A stretch of 44,939 nt of DNA from a virus: IMG/VR virus record IMGVR_UViG_3300045988_013489, one strand, 5' to 3'. Positions within the stretch are counted from its first letter, which is position 1, and every line of letters begins with the position of its first letter. A program made the position numbers and the translations under genes. Positions 24,653 through 34,427 of the stretch are shown one piece after another. A model generated the notes under the pieces. It saw nothing but the letters and a program-made list of their open reading frames with translations. It did not search any database and was not told where the DNA came from.

Positions 24653-26752
24653 ATGAGTGAATATCCGAGTATGTATGATGCAGCTATCGAATATGCTAAA
24701 AAAGGATTTGCTGTCTTCCCGTTAAAATACCGCGATAAAGTTCCGCTTACCAGAAATGGATGTAAAGATGCAACTACGGACGCGGCTCAGATAAAAGCCT
24801 GGTGGCAAAAATACCCAAACGCAAATATAGGTCTTGCGACTGGCTCCGTTAGCCAGAATGTATTTGTAATTGATTTGGACATTGACGAAGATCGCGGAAT
24901 AGATGGGTACCATTCGCTTGAAGACTGGCAGCGCGAACACGGAGATTTCCCAGAAACATGGACGGCTATCACGGGGCGTGGCGGATACCACTTGTACTAT
25001 CGTGGAAATGGCAAAATAAAGAACCGAGCCGGAATTATTGATGGTGTAGATATTCGTGGAAATGGCGGGTATGTAGTAGCTCCTCCATCAATACACAAGA
25101 ATGGCAATCGGTACGAGTGGGAATATTCTCCAGATGAATTTGAAATTGCAAAGGCTGACAACAATGTGGAATATTTCTTAAATCATGATGATCAGAAGCA
25201 AGGTACAACTTTTACCATGCCAAATATTGTAGCAGCAGGACAAAGAAATCAGATGCTTTTTCGTTTTGCATGTATGATGCAGGCGAAGGGAGCATCAGAT
25301 CAATCAGTGTTCGCCGCTACCATGGCTGAGAACGAAAACTCCTGCTCACCTCCATTAACTGAACAGGAGGTCAAAGTCATTGTATCAAGCGCGACTAGAT
25401 ATGACAAAGGAAAGCCCATTCACATTGACTCAGAAGGGGTTGCAACGCAAGGATGGAGGGAGCCGGAGTTTGATTTTACAGAAAAAGGAACAATGATTCA
25501 GAGCATTAAGAACATGTGCGAAGCCATCGAGTACGACCCTGATCTGTATGGACATATCAAATATAACGAGTTATCATACGCGCCCTTTGTTTGTGGAAGC
25601 CTCCCGTGGGAGCATGTAAACATGTACAGAGAATGGAGTAACAGCGATGACAGTAATTTGAAGTCATACATCGAATCAAAATACAGACTAAAGAGTCTGG
25701 AGAAGATCATGGAAGCACTTAATATCGTGGCAAATAGGAACAGATTCAACCCTGTTGTTGATATGCTTACTGACATTCATAAGAATAAGTGGAATAAAAA
25801 GACAGGATATATCAGCAAATTACTTCCAGAATATCTAGGAGTGGAAGACACAGAGTATTCCAGGGAGTGCATGAAACTGTTTATGCTAGGTGCGATCAGC
25901 AGGGCATTCCATCCGGGATGCAAGTTTGACTACATGCCAGTATTATACGGCTCACAGGGAATTGGAAAATCTACATTTCTGAGACTCTTATCACTCAATA
26001 ACGCATGGTATAACGACAACTTTAATACAGTTGAGGGTGATAAGGCCCCGGAAAAGCTGCGTGGCATGTGGATGGTGGAACTGGCAGAACTACTGGCTAC
26101 TAAAAAAGCAAAAGAAGTCGAGAGTATCAAAGCATTTCTAACGTCCACAGTAGACACGTATAGGCCTCCATACGGCCGTAGAACGGAGCAGAGACCAAGA
26201 GTGTGTGTGTTTGCCGGAACAACCAACAATGACCGTTTCCTGACTGATAGAACAGGCAATAGACGATTCCTTCCGATAGTCACAAGAAAGGAGCATGTCC
26301 TGAAATCCATGTTCGATGATCCACAAGCCGTAGCGTCAGACTTTACAAACGCTTGGGGAGAAGCCATGGAACTTTTTGAAAAGGCCGATAGAACACCTAA
26401 ATTAATTCTTCCGAAGAATTTGCAGCAATACATAGAGGATAAGCAGGAAGAATTTATGGAAGAGGACGTGAGGGTTGGGATTATTCAAGAATGGTTGGAC
26501 CACACAACAGAGCCACGTGTATGCGTCGCAATGTTATATGAGCAGGCGCTGGGCAACGAGGGCCGCAAGCCCACAAGGTTCGAGTCCAACGAAATTCACT
26601 CTATTATGCAGAACTGCATTGACGGATGGGAAAGGGAAAATGGTGGGAAACGAGTGAGGTGTGGAAAGTATGGTCCGCAGATATGCTACCAAAAAGTCAG
26701 AAAATTAAGTGAATTTGAAAAAATGTGTGAGTGTGAGATACCATTTGAATGA
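24653..26752 (+). CDS. Bifunctional primase-polymerase / VirE-D5-type helicase
   Basis: N-terminus GFAVFPL...ANIGLATG..VFVIDLD...ITGRGGYHLYY is Prim-Pol-like. C-terminal P-loop VLYGSQGIGKSTF. ATG at 24653 preceded by aggtga. Confidence 0.85.
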   Translation: MSEYPSMYDAAIEYAKKGFAVFPLKYRDKVPLTRNGCKDATTDAAQIKAWWQKYPNANIGLATGSVSQNVFVIDLDIDEDRGIDGYHSLEDWQREHGDFPETWTAITGRGGYHLYYRGNGKIKNRAGIIDGVDIRGNGGYVVAPPSIHKNGNRYEWEYSPDEFEIAKADNNVEYFLNHDDQKQGTTFTMPNIVAAGQRNQMLFRFACMMQAKGASDQSVFAATMAENENSCSPPLTEQEVKVIVSSATRYDKGKPIHIDSEGVATQGWREPEFDFTEKGTMIQSIKNMCEAIEYDPDLYGHIKYNELSYAPFVCGSLPWEHVNMYREWSNSDDSNLKSYIESKYRLKSLEKIMEALNIVANRNRFNPVVDMLTDIHKNKWNKKTGYISKLLPEYLGVEDTEYSRECMKLFMLGAISRAFHPGCKFDYMPVLYGSQGIGKSTFLRLLSLNNAWYNDNFNTVEGDKAPEKLRGMWMVELAELLATKKAKEVESIKAFLTSTVDTYRPPYGRRTEQRPRVCVFAGTTNNDRFLTDRTGNRRFLPIVTRKEHVLKSMFDDPQAVASDFTNAWGEAMELFEKADRTPKLILPKNLQQYIEDKQEEFMEEDVRVGIIQEWLDHTTEPRVCVAMLYEQALGNEGRKPTRFESNEIHSIMQNCIDGWERENGGKRVRCGKYGPQICYQKVRKLSEFEKMCECEIPFE

Positions 26753-26755
26753 TTT

Positions 26756-26931
26756 TAGTTACGGCTAGTTACACTTAGTTACACTCTGGAAACACCCTCA
26801 AACCCTTATAAATACTGGATTTTTTACTTAGTGTAACTAATGTAACTAATATTTTACTATAAAGTATATTTTAATAATTATATAAAAAGGTAATTATAGG
26901 AAAAATTAAATACTTATGTTACACGTTACAC
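26756..26931. repeat. Candidate replication origin: GTTACAC-type iterons flanking an AT-rich core
   Basis: tagttac(ac) x3 direct (26756-26784), gtgtaacta and tgtaacta inverted (26831-26848), gttacac x2 direct (26918-26931). An AT-rich block lies at 26850-26910. Confidence 0.45.
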
Positions 26932-26947
26932 ATTCAAGGGAGAAGAA

Positions 26948-27193
26948 ATGGCAAGTGTAAAGAAAGAAGATATTCCAATGATGGCAATGTTTATGCCTAA
27001 ATTATGGGAATTAATAAAAGAATTTTATCTGGTTGAACTTTCTGACGAATATTCAAAAGCAGCCTATGACCGTTGCATAGAATTGGTAGAAGTATATCCA
27101 GATCCATTAGCAAAAGAATTTGTTTTAGCATTTTTCAAATTTGTTGATTCTAAACAAAGGGAGTTGAGAAAGAATGTACAACACGAAGAATAG
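26948..27193 (+). CDS. Hypothetical protein
   Basis: RBS agggagaag. 81 aa. Confidence 0.55.
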   Translation: MASVKKEDIPMMAMFMPKLWELIKEFYLVELSDEYSKAAYDRCIELVEVYPDPLAKEFVLAFFKFVDSKQRELRKNVQHEE

Positions 27194-27440
27194 ATACGAA
27201 CAGGGACAGGCTCTCAGAAAAGAGATATATATGTACATCGTCAGCTATGTCAAACTGGTTGGATATGCACCTTCAATTACAGAAATTTCTGAAAGGGTGG
27301 ATGCCGGGAGAGCTACGGTCTGGAAACATATCAACCAGCTAATTGATGATGACCTACTCAGAACGAACCATCCCAGTACTGACAGAGCATATGCTCCAGT
27401 TGGGTACGGAATAAGAAAGATAAGCAAGGAGATAAAATGA
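27174..27440 (+). CDS. Winged-helix DNA-binding protein (LexA-N-terminal-like)
   Basis: GYAPSITEISERVDAGRATVWKHINQLIDDDLL resembles a wHTH recognition unit. Confidence 0.45.
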   Translation: MYNTKNRYEQGQALRKEIYMYIVSYVKLVGYAPSITEISERVDAGRATVWKHINQLIDDDLLRTNHPSTDRAYAPVGYGIRKISKEIK

Positions 27441-27694
27441 AACTTTATGATATTGTTGCAGCAAACGGTGAATTTGTAGAGTCCTTGACGCAAAGAGAAA
27501 TTATGAATAAATTCGGACTTACAAAATGCAGATTCCGTACATTCTTGGATAACAGCTATCTGATTGACGGCAAATATTGGATAGATGACTCCGCTGAAGA
27601 TATGCAGGTGACCAGAAACGGATGTCGGAAGATGTTAAAACAGTTTGATGCTTTAACAGAAAACATAAGGAGGGCTGTTGGATGGGAAACCTAA
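27437..27694 (+). CDS. Hypothetical protein
   Basis: ATGA overlap with the upstream gene. 85 aa. Confidence 0.55.
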   Translation: MKLYDIVAANGEFVESLTQREIMNKFGLTKCRFRTFLDNSYLIDGKYWIDDSAEDMQVTRNGCRKMLKQFDALTENIRRAVGWET

Positions 27695-28062
27695 AAATTA
27701 AGCAGAAAAAGAAAGCATTCATTCCATATACGAATCAGCAGGCTCATATGTTTGCACAGTCTATCCAGAACTGCCAGAAAGAGCTTAAGGAAATGGAAAA
27801 GAAAGCTTATGAAGATGGTTTTACTGTTGGTGAAGATTGGAGCAACACGATCAACACTGTCACCACCATGATGGCTCTGAGACGTTTATATGGCTTTTCT
27901 ACGAAGCGATTGCTTGATGTGGTAAGAACTGCCAATGAGTACGTTGAAATGGCAAATGAGGGCGAAATGAGCGTTCTGAGCATGATACAGGATATTGAAG
28001 AGAACACAGATGTGAGATTTGATGAGATGAATAAGAAACTGGTTAAGAAGATGGGAGTTTAA
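27682..28062 (+). CDS. Hypothetical protein
   Basis: 126 aa, co-directional. Confidence 0.55.
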   Translation: MGNLKIKQKKKAFIPYTNQQAHMFAQSIQNCQKELKEMEKKAYEDGFTVGEDWSNTINTVTTMMALRRLYGFSTKRLLDVVRTANEYVEMANEGEMSVLSMIQDIEENTDVRFDEMNKKLVKKMGV

Positions 28063-28063
28063 A

Positions 28064-29452
28064 ATGAAATTTATAGATTTTTTCGCAGGAATCGGAGGAT
28101 TTCGCAGGGGAATGGAATTAGCGGGGCATGAATGCGTTGGCTTTTGCGAATTCGATAAATTTGCTACTGCGAGTTACATCTCAATGCACTTACTGACAGA
28201 AGAGCAGCGAAAGGCATTGGAAGATATTCCTATCAAGAAAAGACAGAAAGAAATATTAAAGGAGGAATACAGAAATGGAGAATGGTATGCAAATGACATT
28301 CGAAGAGTGTATGCCGGAGACATTCCAAAAGCCGACTGTTGGTGCTTCGGATTCCCTTGCCAGGATATATCCGTTGCAGGAAAACAAGCCGGATTTCAGG
28401 GAAACCGTTCAAGCCTGTTTTTCAGAGTTATGTACCTTGTCGGACAGCTCAAAGAAGAAGATAAACCCACTTACCTTTTCATTGAGAACGTTAAAAATTT
28501 GCTTAGTGTTAATGGAGGATGGGATTTCGCCAGATTGCTCATTGAAATGGAGCAGTGGGGGTATGATGCAGAATGGCAGGTGCTCAACTCCAAAGATTTC
28601 GGAGTGCCGCAGAACCGGGAAAGATGTTTTATTATCGGACATCTTAGAGGGAGAAGTACCTCAAAAGTATTTCCTATCGAAGGAACAGACGGAAAAAATA
28701 GTATTCAAATAATCGGACATAAAAACGGATATAGAAGAAATACGCAAGTGTTTGCACCTGACGGAATTACAGAAACTCTTGATACTGGACAAGGTGGTGG
28801 AAGAGGACATCATGTAGCATTGCCGTGTTTTATTGATTTGAGTTATCAAGAAACAGAGTTGACCAATAAGGCAAGGTGCTTACAAGCCAGATACAATAAA
28901 GGAATTGCAAATCATAAAGCCGAAGTAAGTGGAGTTGCAATTCCAGTTCTTACACCAGATCGAGCAGAAAAGCGTCAGAACGGAAGAAGGTTCAAAGAAG
29001 ATGGAGAACCAATGTTCACATTAACATCTCAGGATAGACATGGAGTTGCCACCAGTTTAAATCTTTTGGGTGGACTTTATACAGGAGTATCCAAAGAATT
29101 TAACCGTGGAATATACGAAGGTTGCTTTCGTTGTTTAAAGGCAAGCACACATGATAGCGGTGTTGCACTCAAACTGAATGTTTTAAACATAAATTCTAAC
29201 AAAGGAATATTTGTAAAGGTTTCTGATGAATTGATCGTATATGCAGTCTGGTATGAAAAATATAAGTGTTACATAGCAATCAGAAAGCTGACACCGAAAG
29301 AATGTTTTCGGCTGCAAGGTTGGTCTGATGATTATTTTGAGAAAGCCCAGTTTGTTAATTCTGACAGTCAGTTGTACAAGCAGGCAGGGAACGGCGTAAC
29401 AGTGACAGTTATAGAAGCTATAGCAAGAAAAATGAACGTAAATCTAAATTAA
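28064..29452 (+). CDS. DNA (cytosine-5)-methyltransferase, orphan
   Basis: Motif I DFFAGIGG, motif IV GFPCQDIS, motif VI FIENVKNL, motif VIII QNRER, motif X YKQAGNGVTV. No adjacent restriction endonuclease gene. Confidence 0.92.
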   Translation: MKFIDFFAGIGGFRRGMELAGHECVGFCEFDKFATASYISMHLLTEEQRKALEDIPIKKRQKEILKEEYRNGEWYANDIRRVYAGDIPKADCWCFGFPCQDISVAGKQAGFQGNRSSLFFRVMYLVGQLKEEDKPTYLFIENVKNLLSVNGGWDFARLLIEMEQWGYDAEWQVLNSKDFGVPQNRERCFIIGHLRGRSTSKVFPIEGTDGKNSIQIIGHKNGYRRNTQVFAPDGITETLDTGQGGGRGHHVALPCFIDLSYQETELTNKARCLQARYNKGIANHKAEVSGVAIPVLTPDRAEKRQNGRRFKEDGEPMFTLTSQDRHGVATSLNLLGGLYTGVSKEFNRGIYEGCFRCLKASTHDSGVALKLNVLNINSNKGIFVKVSDELIVYAVWYEKYKCYIAIRKLTPKECFRLQGWSDDYFEKAQFVNSDSQLYKQAGNGVTVTVIEAIARKMNVNLN

Positions 29453-29494
29453 TAGCGTGTCAGTTACTTACGTGGGGGAAATGAGGATGAGAAA

Positions 29495-29686
29495 GTGAAA
29501 AATAATAATTACGCTTCATTCTTCAAAACGAAGCCAAAGAAAGTAGAGAGATACATCCGTTGCAGAAAATGTGGTGGAAACATGGAATGGGTTGAGTACT
29601 ATCCGCCGGAAATCAAATGTCCGAAGTGCGGATATACGGTATATCCTAAGCCTTATGAACCTAACTGCAATGAGATTGAGAATTAG
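29495..29686 (+). CDS. Zinc-ribbon small protein
   Basis: CRKCGG ... CPKCGY. GTG start. Confidence 0.5.
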   Translation: MKNNNYASFFKTKPKKVERYIRCRKCGGNMEWVEYYPPEIKCPKCGYTVYPKPYEPNCNEIEN

Positions 29687-29700
29687 AAGGAGGACGCAAA

Positions 29701-30000
29701 ATGAAATTATTTAAAACAGTAGATGAGAAATTAGCGGAAATTGGATTTGTAAAAGAAGAAGAAGACAAGTATGGGTGCGTGTATAAAAGAAAAGATAAGG
29801 AATATAATTTTACGCAAAAAGTCTTCATTGGACACAAAAAATCTGGTGGACATATTTTGCAGTCATATGATCCAGATTTAGGAGATGATAAAGGGATTGG
29901 AAATACTTGTGTTGGTCTTACAGAATATGAAATGAAATTATTTCTCAAAAAGATGAAGCGGATGAAAATGTATTCTGGAAAGAAAGTAAGCATCAAATAA
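29701..30000 (+). CDS. Hypothetical protein
   Basis: RBS aaggagga. 99 aa. Confidence 0.55.
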   Translation: MKLFKTVDEKLAEIGFVKEEEDKYGCVYKRKDKEYNFTQKVFIGHKKSGGHILQSYDPDLGDDKGIGNTCVGLTEYEMKLFLKKMKRMKMYSGKKVSIK

Positions 30001-30034
30001 TATAATGAAATTGGAATTTCAAAGGAGGAAATGT

Positions 30035-30385
30035 ATGTTAATCAGAAGTCAAGATAAAGAAATTTTAGTCAATATGGAAACCTCAATAGTTTTTCACATT
30101 TCAGGTGTCATTGGCAAGAAATATCCAATATTCGTATATTGGAAAGGTAATGGTTATGTGATTGGCCTTTATTCCACCAAAGCAAAAGCCATGAAAGTAC
30201 TGGATATGATTCAGGAAGCCTATGAAGAATATAAAATTACCTGCACTTTTTTGACAGGATTTACAGGACATCGAGCAATTGTAGAATCAAACGATATTCA
30301 AGTCAATGGTTTCAAAGAACTTGTAAAAAGTTTTAAAAAGAATATGGTCTTTCAGATGCCAGAGGATAGCGAGGTGGAAGTATGA
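30035..30385 (+). CDS. Hypothetical protein
   Basis: ATG at 30035 preceded by aaaggagga. Same frame as the track ORF starting at 30005. Confidence 0.55.
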   Translation: MLIRSQDKEILVNMETSIVFHISGVIGKKYPIFVYWKGNGYVIGLYSTKAKAMKVLDMIQEAYEEYKITCTFLTGFTGHRAIVESNDIQVNGFKELVKSFKKNMVFQMPEDSEVEV

Positions 30386-30726
30386 GCGACGAAATGACAT
30401 TTGCACAGAACGAAGACGGCACATTTAGTGCATACGATGATACCTATGACATTACAATACATTGTGAGGCAGAAGAGGAGCAGAAGAAAGTTATTGAGCG
30501 TTTAAGAGCCACCAACTGGATTCCGGTTAGTGAGAGACTGCCGGATGTAAGCGGAACATATCAAGTAACTTGCACGGACGGAAGAATACATCGTTCAACC
30601 TACGCAAAATTTCAAAGCAAATTGAAACGATGGGAATTAACTGGTGCTAGGTCGTATTGGAAGGTCATAGCCTGGATGCCACTTCCAGAGCCATATAAGG
30701 AGGATAAATGGGAAGATGTAAATTAG
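30382..30726 (+). CDS. DUF551-like protein
   Basis: WIPVSERLPD ... VIAWMPLPEPY is the DUF551 signature as I recall it. Confidence 0.55.
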   Translation: MSDEMTFAQNEDGTFSAYDDTYDITIHCEAEEEQKKVIERLRATNWIPVSERLPDVSGTYQVTCTDGRIHRSTYAKFQSKLKRWELTGARSYWKVIAWMPLPEPYKEDKWEDVN

Positions 30727-30860
30727 TGTGTCCAGACGGTGAAATAGAGTGCTGTATCTGCTGTGAGAAACAAGGCGGTTGCGATAGCCGGTGCGACATG
30801 ATGGATAGCTACGAATACGCAGAAGATTGCGAAGATTATGTTGAGGAGGATGAGCCATGA
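30708..30860 (+). CDS. Cys-rich small protein (50 aa, MGRCKLVCPDGEIECCICCEKQGGCDSRCD...)
   Basis: RBS aaggagg 4 nt upstream. Found by manual translation; too short for the ORF track. Confidence 0.4.
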   Translation: MGRCKLVCPDGEIECCICCEKQGGCDSRCDMMDSYEYAEDCEDYVEEDEP

Positions 30861-30958
30861 TTACATTCTTATTAGGATTCACCCTTGGAACCATATTCGG
30901 AGTGGTTGGTCTTGCATGTGCAGCGATCATGTACGACAAGCACCACCCAGACGATTAG
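30857..30958 (+). CDS. Small membrane protein (33 aa)
   Basis: ATGA overlap with the upstream ORF. RBS gaggagga. One transmembrane helix. Confidence 0.4.
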   Translation: MITFLLGFTLGTIFGVVGLACAAIMYDKHHPDD

Positions 30959-30971
30959 AAAGGAGAACAGT

Positions 30972-31286
30972 ATGCTGACAAGGAACAAAAAACTGAAAGA
31001 CTACGGTATTCCGGCAGAGGACATTGAAAAACTGAATACGATGCTGAAAGACTTCCCGGCAGAGTATGGATACCTGCTTACCGGTGCTGCCTTGTCAGCT
31101 TGCCCGAAAAACACGGTGATAGCGGATATGGTTATTGAGAATATCTTGCACCGGAAAAGTTACAGGAAAATCAGCAGAGAAAGATATATCCCGATGAACC
31201 CGAAAGATTTCTATGGATACAGACGCAAGACCGTCGCTGTACTGTATGAGAGAATGCGGTTGTTGGGAGTGTGGGAGGATGAGTAA
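30972..31286 (+). CDS. Hypothetical protein; possible RinA/ArpU-like transcriptional regulator
   Basis: ATG at 30972 with RBS aaaggag. The resemblance (DFYGYRRKTVAVLYERM) is weak and from memory. Confidence 0.35.
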   Translation: MLTRNKKLKDYGIPAEDIEKLNTMLKDFPAEYGYLLTGAALSACPKNTVIADMVIENILHRKSYRKISRERYIPMNPKDFYGYRRKTVAVLYERMRLLGVWEDE

Positions 31287-31511
31287 ATGAAGTTAATTGA
31301 TTTAATATCAGCAATTGGCGGCGATCCTGAAAGTGAAGATAAAATTCAGATATGCCATCCGGGTAGAAGATGGGAAGATTACGATACATTCAATGCCGGT
31401 TCGAAGCTGCTGAAACCATTTTATGACTTAGAAATAAGCTGTCTTTCTGCAATAGGAACGGATGTGATCAGAGTTGATTTGGCTTTTGATGAGAAAGAGG
31501 GTTGTGATTGA
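31287..31511 (+). CDS. Hypothetical protein
   Basis: Starts directly after the upstream stop. 74 aa. Confidence 0.5.
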   Translation: MKLIDLISAIGGDPESEDKIQICHPGRRWEDYDTFNAGSKLLKPFYDLEISCLSAIGTDVIRVDLAFDEKEGCD

Positions 31512-31811
31512 ATGAGCAGACTGATTGATGCAGATAAGATCGATTTTAACGAAGTTTTTGTTGGTGCAAGTGAATTTGCACAAGACACAAGAAATGCGGC
31601 ACAAATGTTGATTGATAATCAGCCGACAGCTTTTGATGTAGATAAAGTTGTGGAACAGATTGAATCCATCAAAGAAAAGGAACAGGGAGCTTGTACAGAT
31701 GAGCAATGCAGATTCTGCGAATATTTCAATGATTGTTGGGATGGCGATATGTGCGACAAGTTGGCACTGGATAAAGCAATCGAAATTGTGAAGGAGGGTG
31801 GAGTTGAATGA
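31512..31811 (+). CDS. Hypothetical protein
   Basis: Abuts the upstream stop. 99 aa. Confidence 0.55.
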   Translation: MSRLIDADKIDFNEVFVGASEFAQDTRNAAQMLIDNQPTAFDVDKVVEQIESIKEKEQGACTDEQCRFCEYFNDCWDGDMCDKLALDKAIEIVKEGGVE

Positions 31812-32218
31812 GAGAAATTCTTTTCAAGGCAAAGAGGGTTGATAATGGAGAATGGGTTGAGGGGTGTTTGGTAATAGATCATTCACGGTCAAACTTATTT
31901 GAATATCGAATGCAACCAGTTGAATCAGGTGTTTTATACGCACCACCTATTAATCCAGAAACCCTCTGCCAGTTCACGGGACTTTGCGACAAGAATGGGA
32001 AGAGAATCTGGGAGAATGACATTCTGATGGCACACTTGGACGAATCCTACCCAGAGGATGCGGCATATGAAACCGTTGAATGGAACGTTGCCGGATGGGT
32101 AGCGCACGAAACTGGTAGCACGGATAGAGAATATATTGATAAGTTTGATCTTGAACATTATGAAGTAGTTGGAAACACTTTCGACAATCCAGAATTGTTA
32201 CAGGAGGAACACAAATGA
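31808..32218 (+). CDS. YopX-family protein
   Basis: ILFKAKRVDNGEWVEG ... EVVGNTFDNPELL is typical of YopX proteins. Confidence 0.7.
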   Translation: MREILFKAKRVDNGEWVEGCLVIDHSRSNLFEYRMQPVESGVLYAPPINPETLCQFTGLCDKNGKRIWENDILMAHLDESYPEDAAYETVEWNVAGWVAHETGSTDREYIDKFDLEHYEVVGNTFDNPELLQEEHK

Positions 32219-32457
32219 GTAGTGCAAGTGTAAGATTCGGAACAAAAGCGTATGTATGCGCAAGATATTTTCTCAGACCGGGAAAGTGTTTCAAATACAT
32301 CGACCAGTGCGGTGAAGATGCCACAGAACACGTCTATGAAGTCATGGCATTATATCCGTACTGTGTTCTGTTAAGAGATACCAGAAACGGGGTCAGGACT
32401 TGTCCGGGGTACAATACTTTGAGCCTGATGCTGAGAGGAAGTGAAGTGAATGAGTAA
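32215..32457 (+). CDS. Hypothetical protein
   Basis: ATGA overlap with the upstream gene. 80 aa. Confidence 0.5.
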   Translation: MSSASVRFGTKAYVCARYFLRPGKCFKYIDQCGEDATEHVYEVMALYPYCVLLRDTRNGVRTCPGYNTLSLMLRGSEVNE

Positions 32458-32692
32458 ATTGATGGATACACCAGAGGACTGCGGAAAATGTAAATTTATA
32501 AGCGTATTTTGGTGCAGAGCAATGGGCGGCAGGAGAGTTCCAAACAATGATTTAATCCCTGATTGGTGCCCACTTATGGATTTGCCAAAGAAAGACAATG
32601 GAGACTATCCAGCTGATACATCTGATGCTGGCTTTGCAGAGGGATGGAATCAGTGTATTGATGAGATTACAGGAGGCGAAGTAGATGATTGA
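32450..32692 (+). CDS. Hypothetical Cys-containing protein
   Basis: 80 aa. Contains CGKC ... WCP. Confidence 0.5.
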   Translation: MSKLMDTPEDCGKCKFISVFWCRAMGGRRVPNNDLIPDWCPLMDLPKKDNGDYPADTSDAGFAEGWNQCIDEITGGEVDD

Positions 32693-33065
32693 TCTGGCAA
32701 ATAAATGCGTATTAGTCAGAACACGTGAAGAGTATACAAATATTCTGAAAGCAGCAAAGAAACAAGGATTTAGATGGTACGGCGGAAAAGAAGTGTATCC
32801 ATATCCCTTTGAAGAACAGCAGATCCCGGATATATTAAAGTTCTACAGTAATAAAGAACTAACAAGAAATGCCAGCCTTACACCGGGATATGAGTTAGTA
32901 GAAGCATCAGACGTAATTGAATATGAGAAGAAGCTCAAGGATATAGTAAGCCTTGCCCGAGCATTCGCTAAATACCCAGACAGAACAGCTTTGACGGACT
33001 CATTTATTCAGTCCTTGAAGCTACTTGCAGATACTATAGAAAGTCAGATGGAAGAGGTGAAATAG
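32685..33065 (+). CDS. Hypothetical protein
   Basis: 126 aa. Confidence 0.55.
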   Translation: MIDLANKCVLVRTREEYTNILKAAKKQGFRWYGGKEVYPYPFEEQQIPDILKFYSNKELTRNASLTPGYELVEASDVIEYEKKLKDIVSLARAFAKYPDRTALTDSFIQSLKLLADTIESQMEEVK

Positions 33066-33716
33066 ATGGAGCGATTAACACTTGACGATATGATAAAGGC
33101 ACTTAAATGCGTTGCCAGTCAAGATACAGAAGGCGACTGCTATAAGGACCACGAGAATTTTAAGCACATGGAAGACGATAAATATAAACGCATTGTCTGT
33201 GGAACTGGCGAGGATTTAAGAGATTATATCAGTGGGAAGGAAGCGGTTGGCTGCCCGTATCATCAAAATACTTATGGATGTTGTTTCGAAGAGGGAGAAT
33301 TGTATTGGTTGAAAGATGTTGCAGAACTGTTGGAAGAATTAAAGTCTTATAAAGACTTAGAAGAACAGGGCTTGCTTGTGAGACTACCGTGTAAGGTCGG
33401 AGATATTGTTTATGTAGATAGCGAAATACTTCCAATAGAGGATATGGTATGTCATGAAGACGTAGACAATAAGATTCCCTCATATTTTCAAGGTCGAGTT
33501 GTTTCATTCCGGTTTGCGAAAAGGAACTGGGTAAAAATTGCGGTTAAGGCGAAGTGGTTATATGAATGGATTGATGATGAGACCGGGCCAGAAAGTGATT
33601 ACATAGAGTGCGAGAAAAACTTTTCAATCTTATTATCAGCGATTGGTAAAACAGTATTTCTCACCCGTGAGGAAGCTGAGAAGAAACTAGAGGAGATTCA
33701 AAATGACAAGACCTGA
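33066..33716 (+). CDS. Hypothetical protein
   Basis: 216 aa with a Cys-rich N-terminal half. Confidence 0.55.
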   Translation: MERLTLDDMIKALKCVASQDTEGDCYKDHENFKHMEDDKYKRIVCGTGEDLRDYISGKEAVGCPYHQNTYGCCFEEGELYWLKDVAELLEELKSYKDLEEQGLLVRLPCKVGDIVYVDSEILPIEDMVCHEDVDNKIPSYFQGRVVSFRFAKRNWVKIAVKAKWLYEWIDDETGPESDYIECEKNFSILLSAIGKTVFLTREEAEKKLEEIQNDKT

Positions 33717-34188
33717 GATTACAGCAAAACTATCAGCAATGATTGAAAAGAAAATCAATCCTCACAATGATCCACGTATTTATTGGGCGAAAGAAGTGAC
33801 ATTCGATTATTCAACAGATCATGCGGTCAGAGTGGATTATATGCGGTTCGTGCCAGCAAATAATAGTGTGTCCGGGATAGAAAAAGGTGACTGCTATTGT
33901 TATGAGGTTAAATCATCAGCTGAAGATTTTCATTCTGGTCATGGGTTGAATTTTGTTGGCGATTATAACTACCTGGTTATGCCGACAGATGTATACGCTG
34001 CGGTATCCCTTGAAATTCCACATTATGTAGGAATATATGTACCAGAAGCAAATGATCTTACATGCATCAAAAAAGCAAAGCGAAGAAATCGGACAAGGCC
34101 TGTGTCTGAAATACTTTTGATGATGTTCCGGTCTGCAAATAGAGATTGTAGAAAAGCAGTAAAACAGTTGGAGGAGATGAGGAAATGA
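33703..34188 (+). CDS. PD-(D/E)xK nuclease-like protein (MmcB-like)
   Basis: EVTFDY..VRVDYM...CYEVKSSAEDF..GDYNYLVMP fits an E...D...EVK nuclease core. Confidence 0.45.
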   Translation: MTRPEITAKLSAMIEKKINPHNDPRIYWAKEVTFDYSTDHAVRVDYMRFVPANNSVSGIEKGDCYCYEVKSSAEDFHSGHGLNFVGDYNYLVMPTDVYAAVSLEIPHYVGIYVPEANDLTCIKKAKRRNRTRPVSEILLMMFRSANRDCRKAVKQLEEMRK

Positions 34189-34379
34189 ATGACAAACTTA
34201 CACCAGAAATAACCCCGCAACTCGCCGTATCAGCATTCTCAGTACTACATCAATATTGCAGCTCAATCAGTCCGCATGACTGCATCAGATGCACATTTTA
34301 CGAGCATTGCCCGGAGTGCTTCATGGGGTGTCCGGGAGATCAGGGCGAGACGATCAGGAAATTACAAAGCAATGAATAA
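34185..34379 (+). CDS. Hypothetical Cys-rich protein
   Basis: ATGA overlap with the upstream gene. 64 aa. Confidence 0.5.
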   Translation: MNDKLTPEITPQLAVSAFSVLHQYCSSISPHDCIRCTFYEHCPECFMGCPGDQGETIRKLQSNE

Positions 34380-34385
34380 AATTAG

Positions 34386-34412
34386 AGAGCTGGTATTTAC
34401 CGGCTCTTTTTT
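34386..34412 (+). terminator. Rho-independent terminator ending the early region
   Basis: Stem agagctgg/ccggctct, loop tattta, then tttttt. Confidence 0.7.
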
Positions 34413-34427
34413 AGCATAAAATTCCTC

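Noticed and set aside
26756-26931. CRISPR array
   Set aside because: The repeats are only 7-9 bp, irregularly spaced and in mixed orientation. No cas genes are present. The pattern fits origin iterons instead.
28275-28712. 145-aa alternative-frame ORF within the methyltransferase gene
   Set aside because: It is embedded in a gene whose motifs I-X are all read in the other frame. There is no independent support for it.
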